A stretch of 64,000 nt of DNA from assembly GCA_028534125.1 (NCBI GenBank), contig CM052816.1, forward strand, positions 23,066,001 through 23,130,000, written 5' to 3'. Positions 36,261 to 48,410 of the stretch are shown here, one piece after another. Every line of letters starts with the position of its first letter. Position 1 is the stretch's first letter. The position numbers and the translations under genes are program-made. This stretch comes from Lama glama. Its lineage: Eukaryota. Under the pieces are notes generated by a model. The model was given only the letters and a program-made list of their open reading frames with translations. It did not search any database and was not told the DNA's origin.

Positions 36261-38664
36261 TACAAAATGACAACACACACTGCTGAAAATTTCTAACAGG
36301 AATCACACCAAACAGCAGTGGGTCTTACAAAGAGAGATGGAGAGAAAGAAAAAAATTCACTTTGTAAACCTAAAGAAACTAAGTTGCATTTTAAATTATC
36401 TCAAACATTTAGCAACTATTCAAAAAGAAACATTTTATATTAATTAGAACAGGAACAAGAGCTCTATATTCAGAAAATAGCTATTCATACAGGAATAGAA
36501 TGAACAGATATATAAAAACAGGCGAAAGTTGCTCAGTTCATTTAAATACGCAGTTAGAGGTAGCTAAGCTAGGACTAAGATAGGATTCTAGAGTCTCTTA
36601 AAAATCCTTCATAAAAGGTGTAATTAAATTAGAAGAATAAAAGGGATGATACAGGAGTGGGCTTTTTGGAAAGCACACATCCGTGCATGGGATGACGTGA
36701 TACAAATCAACAATCACAGCTGACAGGACCAGACTCCCGATAAGGTATGACTGGCACGGGCACGATCTACGGCACAAAGGTTTCATCAACACCAGAGCTA
36801 AAAGATAACTCACCAGAGAGGCATTTAATGAACGAGCCCCCAGAGGGGACAGAGGAGCAGGGAGCACCCTGTGAGAGAGTTACAGCCGCAGCATGAGAGC
36901 AGCAGAAGGTGTGAGACTCCTCATGAGATGAGAAAGTATGAGCGACTCATCACAAGGCCCAGGCAGTGGGCTGGAGACCGTGGAAGAAGGAACAGGGTGG
37001 TACGTGGGAGAAAAGGGGAGAGTAGGCAAGAAGGCCTAAGAGACAGAGAGGATGGCCAGGAGAAGACGCAAGGCACACAACTCAAACAGGCACCTGGAAT
37101 ACGCAGCCATCAGCCAGCACGCAGGACGGCCATTTCTAAGAACTGGACACGGGGAGAACAACAAAGGGGAGAGTTTCCCTGCTTATCTCTTGCCTGTTAC
37201 AGGTTTGGTTTTCAGTGCATGATGGACAGGGAAGCTGGACCCTTAGAGAGGTCCAACTGGAGGGCATTTTCCCATATCCATCAATTCACACACACGCACA
37301 CGCACATGCACACACACATCTGCAGAAATAGGCCAGAAGATGCTTTCATGGTGCAGATTTCCCAGAACAGAGCTCCTGAAACAGACATGAAGAGTTTTAA
37401 TTGGCTAAGAAGGCCTACTACCAACAAGAATCTTAGGTTATAAAAAAAAATCAGGATCCCCTCTTCTAGGTATATATAAAGGCCAAGAGGACTGAGCTGG
37501 ACTTGTTTCCCCACATCCTGGCCTAGCAGCAAGAGAAAGGGAGAAGGGCAACTTCCCAGGGACAGTGGCTACGCACCCTCAGGCCTTCCCCTCTCTCCTG
37601 CATGGTTTTTCCACACTTTTATCTTTCTAGAACCCTGAAGCCCATCTAGACACTGGGATTTCCTTAGGATGTTTTGATATTGATGCGGCTAGAACTATTA
37701 ATAAATTCTTGATTTAAGTAAAAAAAAAATACTTTTTTTGTTGGTTTTTTCCACAGGTGAACATGGACAAAAATACTAAATGCAAATAAAACAACAAAGA
37801 GGAATAGGAGCATCTCTTCCTTTTAGGAAAAGGTCTAGTGAAGGAATTTCAGTCCAAATCAGTCTACTGGGCAATGGACAGTTAAAGGCCACTGTACGGA
37901 GACAGAGCTCACAGGCATATGTTAGAACACAGCTCACTCCAGATACTGAGCAACCCTTCTCCCTATCCCTGTGCATCACTTAGCTTTAGCAGTAATTTCT
38001 ACAGCTAAGTATTGGGTTAAATAAAAGGAAGTATTACTCTACGGTATATATATCAGGTATGGATTTTGTTACCCAGATCATCAAAAGATTGGAAAAATAT
38101 GAAAATATGCAAGTTTACAGATGGCACCCTGACAATGGGTTATTATGAGAAATTGACACATTTCAGCTTTATTATCTAGTTAAAGGCAAAACCAAAAACA
38201 AACGCATACAGCCCATGATGACACTGTCAGAAAGACAATTGGGCTGAATGGAACAGTATGACGGTCCACATGTTGGCAATGATGATGTTACAAGCACATT
38301 TTATGTTCAATTAAGCTTTTAATCGATTTTAACATGAGATTTCTCATTTTTAAACAGAAACAATTGCGCTTTTCTGAGTCTTCAAAATTAAAGTATCAAA
38401 CTAAGTGTAAGTGCAAATTCTTTCACTGCAGATTCCGTGCAGCTAAAAAATTTGTGCCCTGGGCCCTTTGTCTCATGAGTGATTGACAATGGTGGCAAGT
38501 ATTTCTGCTTAGAATCTCTCCCTTATTCTCAAAGATAAAATCCTTGCCTACTGAAATACTCAGGGCTGATGAATTAGTCCTAGTCTAATGAGGTTACACC
38601 TTGAAAGAAGTTAAGTAACTACAGCTGATGGTCACTAGACATTACAAGCCCTCACTTAGTAATT

Positions 38665-39210
38665 GGGTTTATTAATTGAATCCATATGCGTTAAATGCCA
38701 GTTGTGTCTAAATCCAGCTGGGCGTTATACAAACAAACAAAATGTATGATAGGATCCCTAATCATCAGATGTTTACAATCAATTTGAAAACAGAGTCACA
38801 CACTGAAGATAGAGATGAATGAGCCCACAAAAGGTTAGGGAACAGAGAATGTGAAACAACGTGGGCTCACAGGGTTCTGGGAAGGGATGATTAATAGGGC
38901 TGGGAACGGTTAAGAATGCCTTTGCCAAGGAAGTTGACTTGACCCAGACATGAAATACGACTAAGATTTGCCAAAGCAGCAAGAACACTCCAAGCACAGA
39001 GAACCCTACAGCAAAAGATTAGTGTCAATAACCAAATTTAGGCAGTAAGGAGGCAGATAACTGGTCTTTTGGATTGAAGGGCCCACAGGGGTAATCCAGA
39101 GATAATTTGGAATGTTTTTACATTTAGAAACTGATGATGTACCTTTAAAGTCAATCTAAAGAATTCAGATTTACTCCATAGGTAGCAAGCAACATTGAAA
39201 TTCTTTTTGT
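38665..39210 (-). mobile_element. L2 3' region (L2c/d-like), decayed
   Basis: 'gatccctaatcatcagatgtttacaatc', 'gcctttgccaaggaagttgacttgacccagacatgaaa', 'cactccaagcacagagaaccctacagcaaaag', 'ctaaagaattcagatttactccataggtagc'. Confidence 0.6.
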
Positions 39211-39599
39211 TCAAATTACCTACTTTAATGCAGTCAGAATTCCAATCTGATTCATAAGGGAAAATCTGTCTCTTGCCAGACTGACTTAGTCATTGTTGGT
39301 TAAACAAGGCACACCGAGAGCTGCTCTCAGGGAGGCAGGCCTTTCGCGGGCCTCATGTGAATTAGCCAGAGAGGAAGAGATGTGTGAAGCAGCGGAGCTC
39401 AACTTCCAGCAGAGCCCAAGCATGTGCAGAAATTTACAGCCACCAGCAACAACCCGCTTTACCAAAATAAGGTCCTTGGGGATAAGTTTCAAGTGTAATT
39501 TCAGACTATTGCCAATTCTCAGTTCAGTACCTGGTCCCTTCTTATTAATGATGGATTCATTATTTTAAATTGCGGAGGCTATTGCCTAGAAGCAATGAG

Positions 39600-39830
39600 A
39601 TCCAGCATAAAGGATTTGGGGTTTGAAAGTAGACACACTTGACTCAGCAATTTTTTAGCTATATGGCTTCAGACCAGTAACTTCCCTAAGCCTCAGATTT
39701 CTCACTTATAAAACAGAGGTAATAATACTAATTTGCACAGTTGCTGTGAAGATAAGGTAAAAAAACTTGCCTAGTTCCTTTCCTGGTAATATAACGTAAT
39801 AGCTCAGCCTACAGTACTAGTATTTTATTA
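39600..39830 (+). mobile_element. MIR SINE
   Basis: 'ttagctatatggcttcagaccagtaacttccctaagcctcagatttctcacttataaaacagaggtaataatacta...cacagttgctgtgaagataa'. Confidence 0.75.
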
Positions 39831-40819
39831 TTCAATGGTTGAAGATTTATAAAGGTAAATGAATAGCATGTGAAAGTGAAATTAAGAAGCAACCTCATCT
39901 ATTTCATTATTATTACTAGATATCATTAAAACAGCATCCTGTCTTAAAATAACTTATTATATTTTCACTAATAACATTAAATACCTACTATCTATGTAAA
40001 GTGATACCAAATCTAAAATGCAGTCTTTTTTCATCTTATTATTAAAATTAAGATAAATGCAGAGTTACTCTCATCTTAGTATAAATTAGAGAAAAAAGTA
40101 ATTTTGAAAACTTCTTATTTTCAATCTCTTGGACCTGTTCAGTACATTGCCTCTGAATTCCAAATATTCTATTTTCTCCTAAATGTTGTCATATATTTTT
40201 AAACAGAACATCAAGGAATGTGCTAAGTACACATTTTATAGGTACATACTGCAATACACTTTAATTTTCTAGCTCCATGGAAAAGAACTGCCAAGATCTT
40301 ATATTTATCTGGCATAGTCGATGCATTTACATTGATATTAACAATAATAATCTAGAGTTGCATACATTAGGTCTCTTTTTCTCCAGTGCTGTCCCATATA
40401 TCATCAAGTTTAGACAATTACCAAATTCAAATCACAGGAGGACTGTAGCAGCATGACCATACAGCGTAGAATAGCTGGTGGCATTATTAACCAAAACATA
40501 CCCACAAGTCATGACTTTTTCACAAAAAGGAGAAATGGTTTGTCCATAGTTAAAGATGATTATATCTGTAGTATCAACCAAGTCACACAAAACAGTGTAT
40601 GTTAAGCACAGCATCTCAGAAAAATAACAAAAGCCACAAAATGCATCAGCTTGATTAGTCCAATTCCACTCAATCAGCTTCAATAAATATAAAATTACTC
40701 TTGACGGTTTATCCATTCCTCACCACTGATCAAATGTACGTATTATTTCATGCTACCATGCCATTTAAGATCTCTCTTTCTGTAAACATTTTCAACCCAA
40801 GAGCATTTATTATTCAGCT

Positions 40820-41045
40820 GTCTATCTATCTAACTATCCATCTAGCCAGCCAGCCAGCCAGCCAGCCATCCATCCAACCCTGAAGTAAATAAATACATAT
40901 ACTGAGTACCTCCTATATGCTAATCCTTCTGATAGGCTCAGGTGATACAAATGTTTACAAGACAAATATTTTCTCTGATCTCAAGGTGCTTACAGCCCAG
41001 TGGGGAAAACAGACAAGGAATGAGTTGTAATAAGTCTTAAAAAAG
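40820..41045 (-). mobile_element. L2 3' end with tail decayed into (CTAT)/(CCAG)/(CCAT) repeats
   Basis: 'gccagccagccagccagccagccatccatcca' next to 'tactgagtacctcctatatgcta...ggtgatacaaatg...tctcaaggtgcttacagcccagtggggaaaacagaca'. Confidence 0.75.
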
Positions 41046-42042
41046 AAGCACAGAACAGCAGTCATACTATTTGTTCAATAAATAAATACATGCATAATGC
41101 TTCACTAGTTTTTGGTTGTAAGTTCTTTTTTTCCCCTTAACTCAACAAAAAGAAACTGCCTTAATGAATTAATTAAAGTAGAACATTTCTCTCAAGCTTG
41201 TATCTCTGGCTGACCATCAGCTACCATAGAAATAGCACTTAAGAACACCTTATCATAATGATTCCACCACTAAATACAAGATAAGATAATGTAAAATTGG
41301 GGAGGAGAATACATTTTCTACTCTAAAGAATCTTGCACATCCACTTACATCATGCTTTGAAACTGTGTGTCCTCTGTGTAAAGACAAATGAATTAAATCC
41401 TTTATGATGAAGTTTCTATTCAGGCCTGAGTTCAGTCAGAGGTAAAGAAAAATAACCGATAGTTATTCTCCCAGTATTTCAAATTAAATATCTATAAAGA
41501 GAAAGAAAATGTGTTTAGCATGCAATCAGTATCCTTAATGATTTAGCTACAATTATCTAAAGCCTAGTTGAAGAAAGCATGCCTCATAAAACATGATCCA
41601 TTTAATTACATTAAGTAATGTTTAAGCATTAAACATTAATGAGTAAATCATTACCTTGATAACAGAAGTAGTATCAACTCCTTTAAACGTAGTGGTATTT
41701 ATACTGACGCCAGAAATCTGGTCCCAAACTTGTACCAACTTATTTAACCTTAGCTATGCCTTAATTCCATGTGTGTGCTTATGTGTGTGTTTGTCTGCAT
41801 ATGTACAAAATAAGTTTTTTGAAGTATCACTTTATAAGAAAATAGGAAAAGATCTATCACAGTGACATCAATTTATTTCCACTGACCCACAGATAACTCT
41901 TTTGAAAGATACAGTAATTCTATAAAATATATACTGATACATAACAACACTGATTAAACTATAATGTGATATCCATGAAGTATAAACATTTTTCAGAGAA
42001 ATAAATTGCTTACCACCTCAAATGCTAGAAAGATAACTTAAA

Positions 42043-42205
42043 TCAGTGGTTAAGAAATATCCAAGAAGTGGATTCCCAGTTCCACTTCTTAGAGATTCTG
42101 ATTCAGTCAAGTTTGCAGTGGGGCCAAGAAATCTGCATTAACAAATATCCCACATATTTCAGAAGCACACAGACTATCAGTGGCCTGAACTTTGGGAAAC
42201 ACTGT
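42043..42205. mobile_element. MER5-type DNA transposon remnant
   Basis: 'cagtggtt...agagattctgattcagtcaagtttgcagtggggccaagaaatctgcattaacaaatatccca...actttgggaaacactg'. Confidence 0.75.
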
Positions 42206-44799
42206 GCTTTATACCCTGGAAAATCTCAAGAAGAGTGGTTAAATACTCCTTTAGCCTATTTGCTCCAGGATCTTATTGTCACAGAATGCTTACCATTTAA
42301 TAAAAATCTACAATCAAAATTATTGGTTCCCCTGTGTTTCTGCTCAAAGTGTGAGAAATACCTGCCACTGACAGACACAGTTACACCTCAGCCCATAAAG
42401 AATGAATGAGAATCTAACTGGTCAGATCAGATGACTGAACACTCCATCCCACCACGAGTGTCCTCGGGAAGTCCTCTCTTCTCTGCCCTTCCTTTCCCAA
42501 GGAAAAAGTTCACTGCTCTGAGTTTCAACTGCCCATCAAACTGGTTTAAGTAGCACAATGCATTTTTCACACAATATTCAATGTAAGTTTGCCAAATTAC
42601 ATTAAGGCATTTCATTTTCATATTGGAAATGCTATGAATTTTGCATGCAAAAATTAGATGTAAGCATCTGACTTTAAAAAAGAGGCCAAACTTGAGAGCA
42701 CATGGCCAAAATTCAAAACCATTAGCTGTATAGATAAAACTGAAAACAGAGTTCACACAGAGTTTACTGCACATTCATTTTAATCTATAAGAATGTATAT
42801 GGGTTTACAAAAATAAATCATGAGACGATGTCTCTAATAGAAATGAAAGCAGAATGTAGATTTCCAGTACAGTCCACGTTTAACACGACACAATCAGCTT
42901 GCTGACATCTTTTAGCGGTAGGTGTGCAGATTGCTGTTTCTTTTACCTTTTTCCTAAGGTAACGTTTTAACTTGTAGATTTCAGAAAAGTACACCATCAT
43001 AGTTTATGATGAAGGAAGATGAATTTAGTTCATAAAAACTGATCTGCAGCTTCTCAGGATTTATTCCTATTATATCATATATGCTCTTTTCTTCCCCACT
43101 TCACCAGCAGTCATGCGAATTCAAGAAAAGTGACTTAGCAGTAAATTAAATTAAATGAAAAAAAAAAACTAGACATTTATGTGGTTTCTAGATGTGTCCT
43201 TTAAAAACCCTTACTCTGGCTGATTCCAAACACTTAGACAAATTAATGCCTGTCAGATGAAGTGTATAATGCTTGAGGACACAGTCAGGTTTAAGCATGG
43301 TTTGCCTTTGAATGATCCTTTCTATTCACTCATCGCCTTCTGTATAATTAATAGCCACTCTCCCAAATCACATGCCAATTAATGAGATGCAGATAAAGGC
43401 TTAAAGGTCTCTACTGCAATTCAGTCTTAATGAAAGTCAATATCCTTTTGCCAAGAAAGCCCAGATCACATTTGGCTTTCTCAGATAATTAGGATGGTTT
43501 TCCGGAACCAAATAGTAGCAGTGAGTGGTAAATATTAGATCTTTTAAATAAATGCTGTATTTAGACAGAAGAACACTCGGGAGTAATTTTTAATTTCTAC
43601 AGAAATAAATGTGTGTCATTCCCTTCAAAGGATATGTAAAAAGAAGCAAGGTACATAAGTATGTACACATCTATAACAAATTATATAAATTTTTTTTATC
43701 AAGTATCATCATTTGAAAATAGTCTTTATTCTTATTACTTGATGCTTCTTGGATCAAATGTTGACTCTTTAGATGGTATCACAGGCCCTCCAATAACTGA
43801 TGCCACCACCCTTCAAACTCTTTTCCTCACCCTGCATAAATATGGACTGGGAAAGTTAAACACACTACCCTGTATAATCAGCCGCATTCCCACTCTTCAT
43901 CGACTCATGCATCCTGAACTGCAGCTCATGCCCTAAAACGTTCTTCTCTTCCATCCCACCAATGACACATCAGAGGACCAGCTTTTGCTTGGAATTCTTC
44001 TTAGACTTTGCTCTGTGGTCATTAACCCTGCCTGAGCCAGATGCCTAAACACTTGATTAACGTGTTGCCCAAGAACCATCTTCCAGCTCTTTCCTCAAAC
44101 CAAACATTGTCCTATTGATTCTGGGAAAAGACTTCCAGGAGCTAGAGCCACTTCTCTGTCCTCCCCAGGCCCCGGGCACCTGAGTCATGCAGCTTTTTTT
44201 GCGATAAATTTGATTTTATTCAGTCAATCTCGTTTTGACAAATAAAATTACCTGAAGAGAGAGATATTGTTTCCATTTTCCTTCCCCTCTGCTCTTTCTT
44301 AATGATAAGAATTAAAGGAGAGGAATTCTAAGGGGGAAAAAATCTATACAAAAATATCTGTAGAAAAAATTCTGCTTTTTATGGCTCACTCATTTATCTT
44401 TTATTAACCTTTTAATCTCTAAAATCTAATCCTCAATTTTGAGAATTACTATAAGCTGCATTTTAAAAATATTGTGAGGTCAAATGGGAAAGACTCTATG
44501 AGGTTCCACATATAAATTCTGAACAATTTTAACAAAAGATAATTGGTTTTCAATTCTGAAAAATAAAGAAAATTGAAAGAAGTCAATCTGGTTATTTTAA
44601 GCTAGATTTAAGCCATTTCCCATCCCCATATACAGAAGAACCCTTTTGTTACAGACATGGAGATACTCCATGGATCAGACCAACCCCCAAATGACCACAC
44701 CTTCAAGTGAGTTTAAGTTAGATTTCTGATGTTTCTCCAAACCACTGTTTGAATCATGTCAACCTCAGAACTGGCTTGAGTTTCATATTTAATTAACAT

Positions 44800-44960
44800 A
44801 TGGGGGTACTTATATGTGGAGCACATTAACCAGAGAATCTGTAAGAGAAGTATAGTGTTTTTATTTTACAGATTAGAACACTGAGGGCAGTGGAGGAGTG
44901 AAGTCTGATTTTAAACACAAGTCCTTTGAGTATAAGATGAGTGTTTTTTCCATTACAACC
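44800..44960 (-). mobile_element. MIR fragment
   Basis: 'ttattttacagattagaacactgaggg...ttttaaacacaagtcctttgag...gtgttttttccattac'. Confidence 0.5.
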
Positions 44961-45469
44961 TTGTCACCCTAAATTGGTCATATAAATAGAAGATGGTCAG
45001 AATCATTCATTTATTGCCTTCTTAAATTGCTTTCGACTCAAGTAACACTAGACACGTTGAGCCCCTACACAAGGAGTCCTTTGACTTTAAGTATAAAATT
45101 ACTCACAGTGTCCCCAGTGTAAGACAGGCAACTGGTCACCAAGAGAGAAAATAAAGGCCTGTGCAGCTCTCTTCTTATTGTTACCTTTTTTTGCTTTTTT
45201 TCTTTTCCTTTTCAGGACCAGAGCTAAACATGTTTCAAGAAAACTGACTTAAGTTATTACAGACTCTCCCTCAAGTAGCCACTGAATAAAACCAAACATT
45301 TTTATGGAACTGAAAAAGCCCCTATTTAGTAAAGAATTCCTGATGAATCTGCAGGCTCCGTAAACTCCAAACTGACTGGATGGTGTATCTCGGAAGTCTT
45401 TCCGTTTTGACTTTTTTTCACAATGTACTAAGCCCCAAATAAAAATATCCATGTATTATTGAAACTGTA

Positions 45470-45680
45470 TCATTACATTAACAACTTATTATCTACTTAG
45501 CGCTTCTAACAGCCCTATGACTTGGGTCTCATGACTGCCCCACTTTCAGATGAACACACAGAAGTTTAAGAGAGATGAGATGAGGGTTGCTGCGCAAGCA
45601 GGTTGAGAGCCAGGATGCAAACCTGGGCAGGGCAGCAAGTTGTGCAGAATGACCTGCCTACCTGTTGAACTGAACACTGA
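45470..45680 (-). mobile_element. MIR SINE
   Basis: 'taacagccctatgacttggg...ccccactttcagatgaacacacagaagtttaagagagatg...gagagccaggatgcaaacctgggcag'. Confidence 0.65.
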
Positions 45681-46097
45681 GACATGACATGCTGATTATG
45701 GTCATTTACCACACAGATCACCCTGTTACATACAAGGCACCGGATAGTTTCCAAAGATAAATTTACTTGAATGAAGAGATTAAACAGAAGAAAAATATTC
45801 CACCTCCCAAACACCCATCCAAGTCTCTGCATCTGTTACCCTCCAGCCATGTGGCATTTCTAATACTTTAAAGGAAATTCCTCTTTAATAGCCTACAGTG
45901 CATTTACAGACCAACATCTAGAAGAAGCCATGTTGTCAGAAATGTTAGGGTGTTCCCTTATATTTTTACAAGTGTGTAGAGATCTCTCTCCATCAAAATT
46001 GTTTCTGATGGATAGAATCCAGAAGGCATGGAATACGAGACGTTAACCATAGTCATAGTAGTTGAGTTAGTCAACTATTCCTCCCTGAATAGCTTTT

Positions 46098-46227
46098 CTT
46101 CTTTTGGCGGGGGGGGGGGTAATTAGGTTTGTTTATTGTTCGTTGTTTATTGGAAGTACTGGGGATTGAACCCAGGACCTTATGCGTGCTAAGCTTCACT
46201 CCACCACTGAGCTATACCCTCTCCCCA
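46098..46227 (-). mobile_element. camelid tRNA-derived SINE (vic-1-like)
   Basis: 'ggggtaattaggtttgtttattg...gtactggggattgaacccaggaccttatgcgtgctaagc...ccactgagctataccctctcccc'; TSD gaatagctttt (46087-46097) / gaacagctttt (46228-46238). Confidence 0.92.
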
Positions 46228-46788
46228 GAACAGCTTTTAAAACAAGAATTTAAGACTCTGATCTCAGTAACTGAAATGTTTTTCTACCAGCAAATTTTAC
46301 AAGAGAAACATGGTATTTTATAATATAAAACAAGGACTTGGTGACCCCAAGAGAGGCATCCCAATGCTTCCTTCTTTACAGCTGCAACAAATAATTACTG
46401 GAGAAGAAAATGTTTGGCAAATGTGGAAAGAAATTACCCTTTGTCAATTATATGTTGGAATTAGTAACCTCCCAACTACTTCAGGTTTCTCTTTGAAACC
46501 TGTCAATTATCTTGTTTCAAAGAAAGAAGGTAACACTGAAAACTTTTTTTCAACTACTCTCAGAAGCAATGTATTAATATACAGTGTGTTTAAATGGAAC
46601 AATGGCAAGGCCCACTGTGGCACCAAAACGGCATATGATAACTAAAATCAAGGCGTCCACAAAGGAAGTGCGTACGGTATTTAACTGTCAGTACTGATGG
46701 AGTAAACTTTAGAGGAGCTGCATAGAACTTAGAAATTCTTCAATAAAATGAATGAGCATGTGACAGTGTCACAGATTTTAAAGCTGGC

Positions 46789-47078
46789 TGTTATGGACTG
46801 AATGCATCCCTCAAACATCCCTATGTTGAAGCCTCAATCTAATGGTATTTGGGAGCTAATGAGGTCGTGAAGGTGGAGCCGTCATGATGTAATGAATTAG
46901 CTCTCTTACAGAAACAGACACAGAAAGAGGCTATCTGCAAGCCAGAATTCTCTGCAGGAACCAAAGTGGCCCACACCTTCGTCTTACACTTCCAGTCTCC
47001 AGAACCATGAAAAATAAATTTTTGTTGTTGAAGCCACCCAGTGTAAGGTAATCTCTTACAGTAGCCAGAGCTAAGATA
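46789..47078 (+). mobile_element. ERVL-MaLR solo LTR (MLT1A-like)
   Basis: starts 'tgttatggactgaatg'; contains 'cttccagtctccagaaccatgaaaaataaatttttgttgttgaagccacccagt'; ends 'gagctaagata'; 5-bp TSD-like ctggc/ctgac. Confidence 0.88.
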
Positions 47079-47604
47079 CTGACTGTCAAAATCCTTGGAA
47101 CACATCTAGCCAAATTCTGCTTATTTTAAGATTACAGATTTAACTATTTCACACGTAACATCACTTGCCCAAGGTTAAACGACAGTATCAGAAGTTGATC
47201 TGAAAACCAGATTTCTGACACCCATTTCAGAGCTCTCTCTATGAAAAACCATGCGTCCACACCACCGCCCAATCTCTTGCTTCTTACTCCTGAAACGCAA
47301 ACTCCTCTTAAATCCAAGTCTGCTAACACTCATGCCCCGAGAATTCATACCAATGTTAAAATGCGTAATAAAAACCTAAAAGGAAAAAAAAATTAAATAC
47401 ATGTGTACTGAGGGGTTGGTGGTGTGGGGCGGTGTCATCTGCTTCAACGACAGATCTCTCATGGACTGGTTCTGGTTACAAGTATGCTGTCCTGGGCAAA
47501 TATCCCAACACTGCAGACACCCAACGGACAGAGGGCTGGAGAGGCCTCATCAGCCAATCACCCACAGAGATGATGGGGAAGGTCCTGCTCTCTCTTCTTG
47601 ATGA

Positions 47605-48117
47605 TTCCAGAACCAAGTCGCTCAGAAAGCCTCCCTTGGCTGCCCTGCTCCCTCAAAGGAAACGCAGCATCCTAACAAGGGGTTCTGAGCCTGCACCGGT
47701 CGGCTTACTCCCCAGGATGTCACGGATTCCACACTACGATTCCTAGCCTTGCTCACGCCCCTTCGGTCTCACTGGCCTGCCCGTCAAGCCTCTGATGACA
47801 CCAGGCCTGCTGCCGCCACAAAGCCTCTGGACTTTCTCCACTTGGAACACTCTTCAAGCGTTCACAGGCATCACTGCGGTGCTTCCTTCAGGTCTCCGCT
47901 TACGTGTTCTCTCAGAGAGAGCTTTTTCTTCATTTGTCCTTATAGCATTTGTCAGCACTTCACGGAGAATATTTGTTTGTTGGTTTGCAGCCTGTCTTTC
48001 TGAGTAAAATGCAAATTCCAAGAGGGCTGGGATTTTTCGGTTTTCTTCATTTTGGAATCTTTAGCACCTAAAACTCTTCTTGGCATATAACAGGCACGGA
48101 CATTTTTGAACAAATAA
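47605..48117 (+). mobile_element. L2 (L2a-like) 3' region
   Basis: 'cactggcctgcccg...acaccaggcctgctgccgccacaaagcctctg...ttggaacactctt...cttccttcaggtctccgctta...atgcaaattccaagagggctgggattt...tagcacctaaaactcttcttggcatataacaggcac'. Confidence 0.8.
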
Positions 48118-48282
48118 GGTTAATATGCAAAGCTTTTGTTAATACTTGTACCATATTTATGAAAATGTCACACTGAAATGAAGTTTTAGAAGACACCGAC
48201 CTACATCACTTTGTGGGCTGGCTGCCAAGGGATTAATTAGCTCCAGGGTATCAGCATTTGACTTGCCCCTTGCAGTTTGGTT

Positions 48283-48410
48283 TACTCACTCATTCAGAAG
48301 TTATTTACTGAGTGCCTACTATGTGCCAGGCAGATAGGTAACAGGAGCTGGAGATACAGCAGTGAACAAGGCATATTTTAAAAAATCTCCTGTTATGAAT
48401 TTATATTCTA
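48283..48410 (-). mobile_element. L2 3' end
   Basis: 'ctcattcagaagttatttactgagtgcctactatgtgccaggca...gctggagatacagcagtgaacaag'. Confidence 0.85.

Noticed and set aside
36871..37443. 190-aa ORF
   Set aside because: Non-ATG (GTG) start, R/G/E/Q-biased low complexity, runs through a (CA)-type repeat, and no recognisable domain.
40432..40716. 94-aa minus-strand ORF in unique sequence
   Set aside because: No recognisable protein and no flanking splice signals; length is within chance expectation.
42063..42090. 10-bp perfect hairpin aagaagtgga-N8-tccacttctt
   Set aside because: It lies inside a MER5 remnant (internally palindromic family) and is too short for a pre-miRNA; terminator logic does not apply to mammalian DNA.
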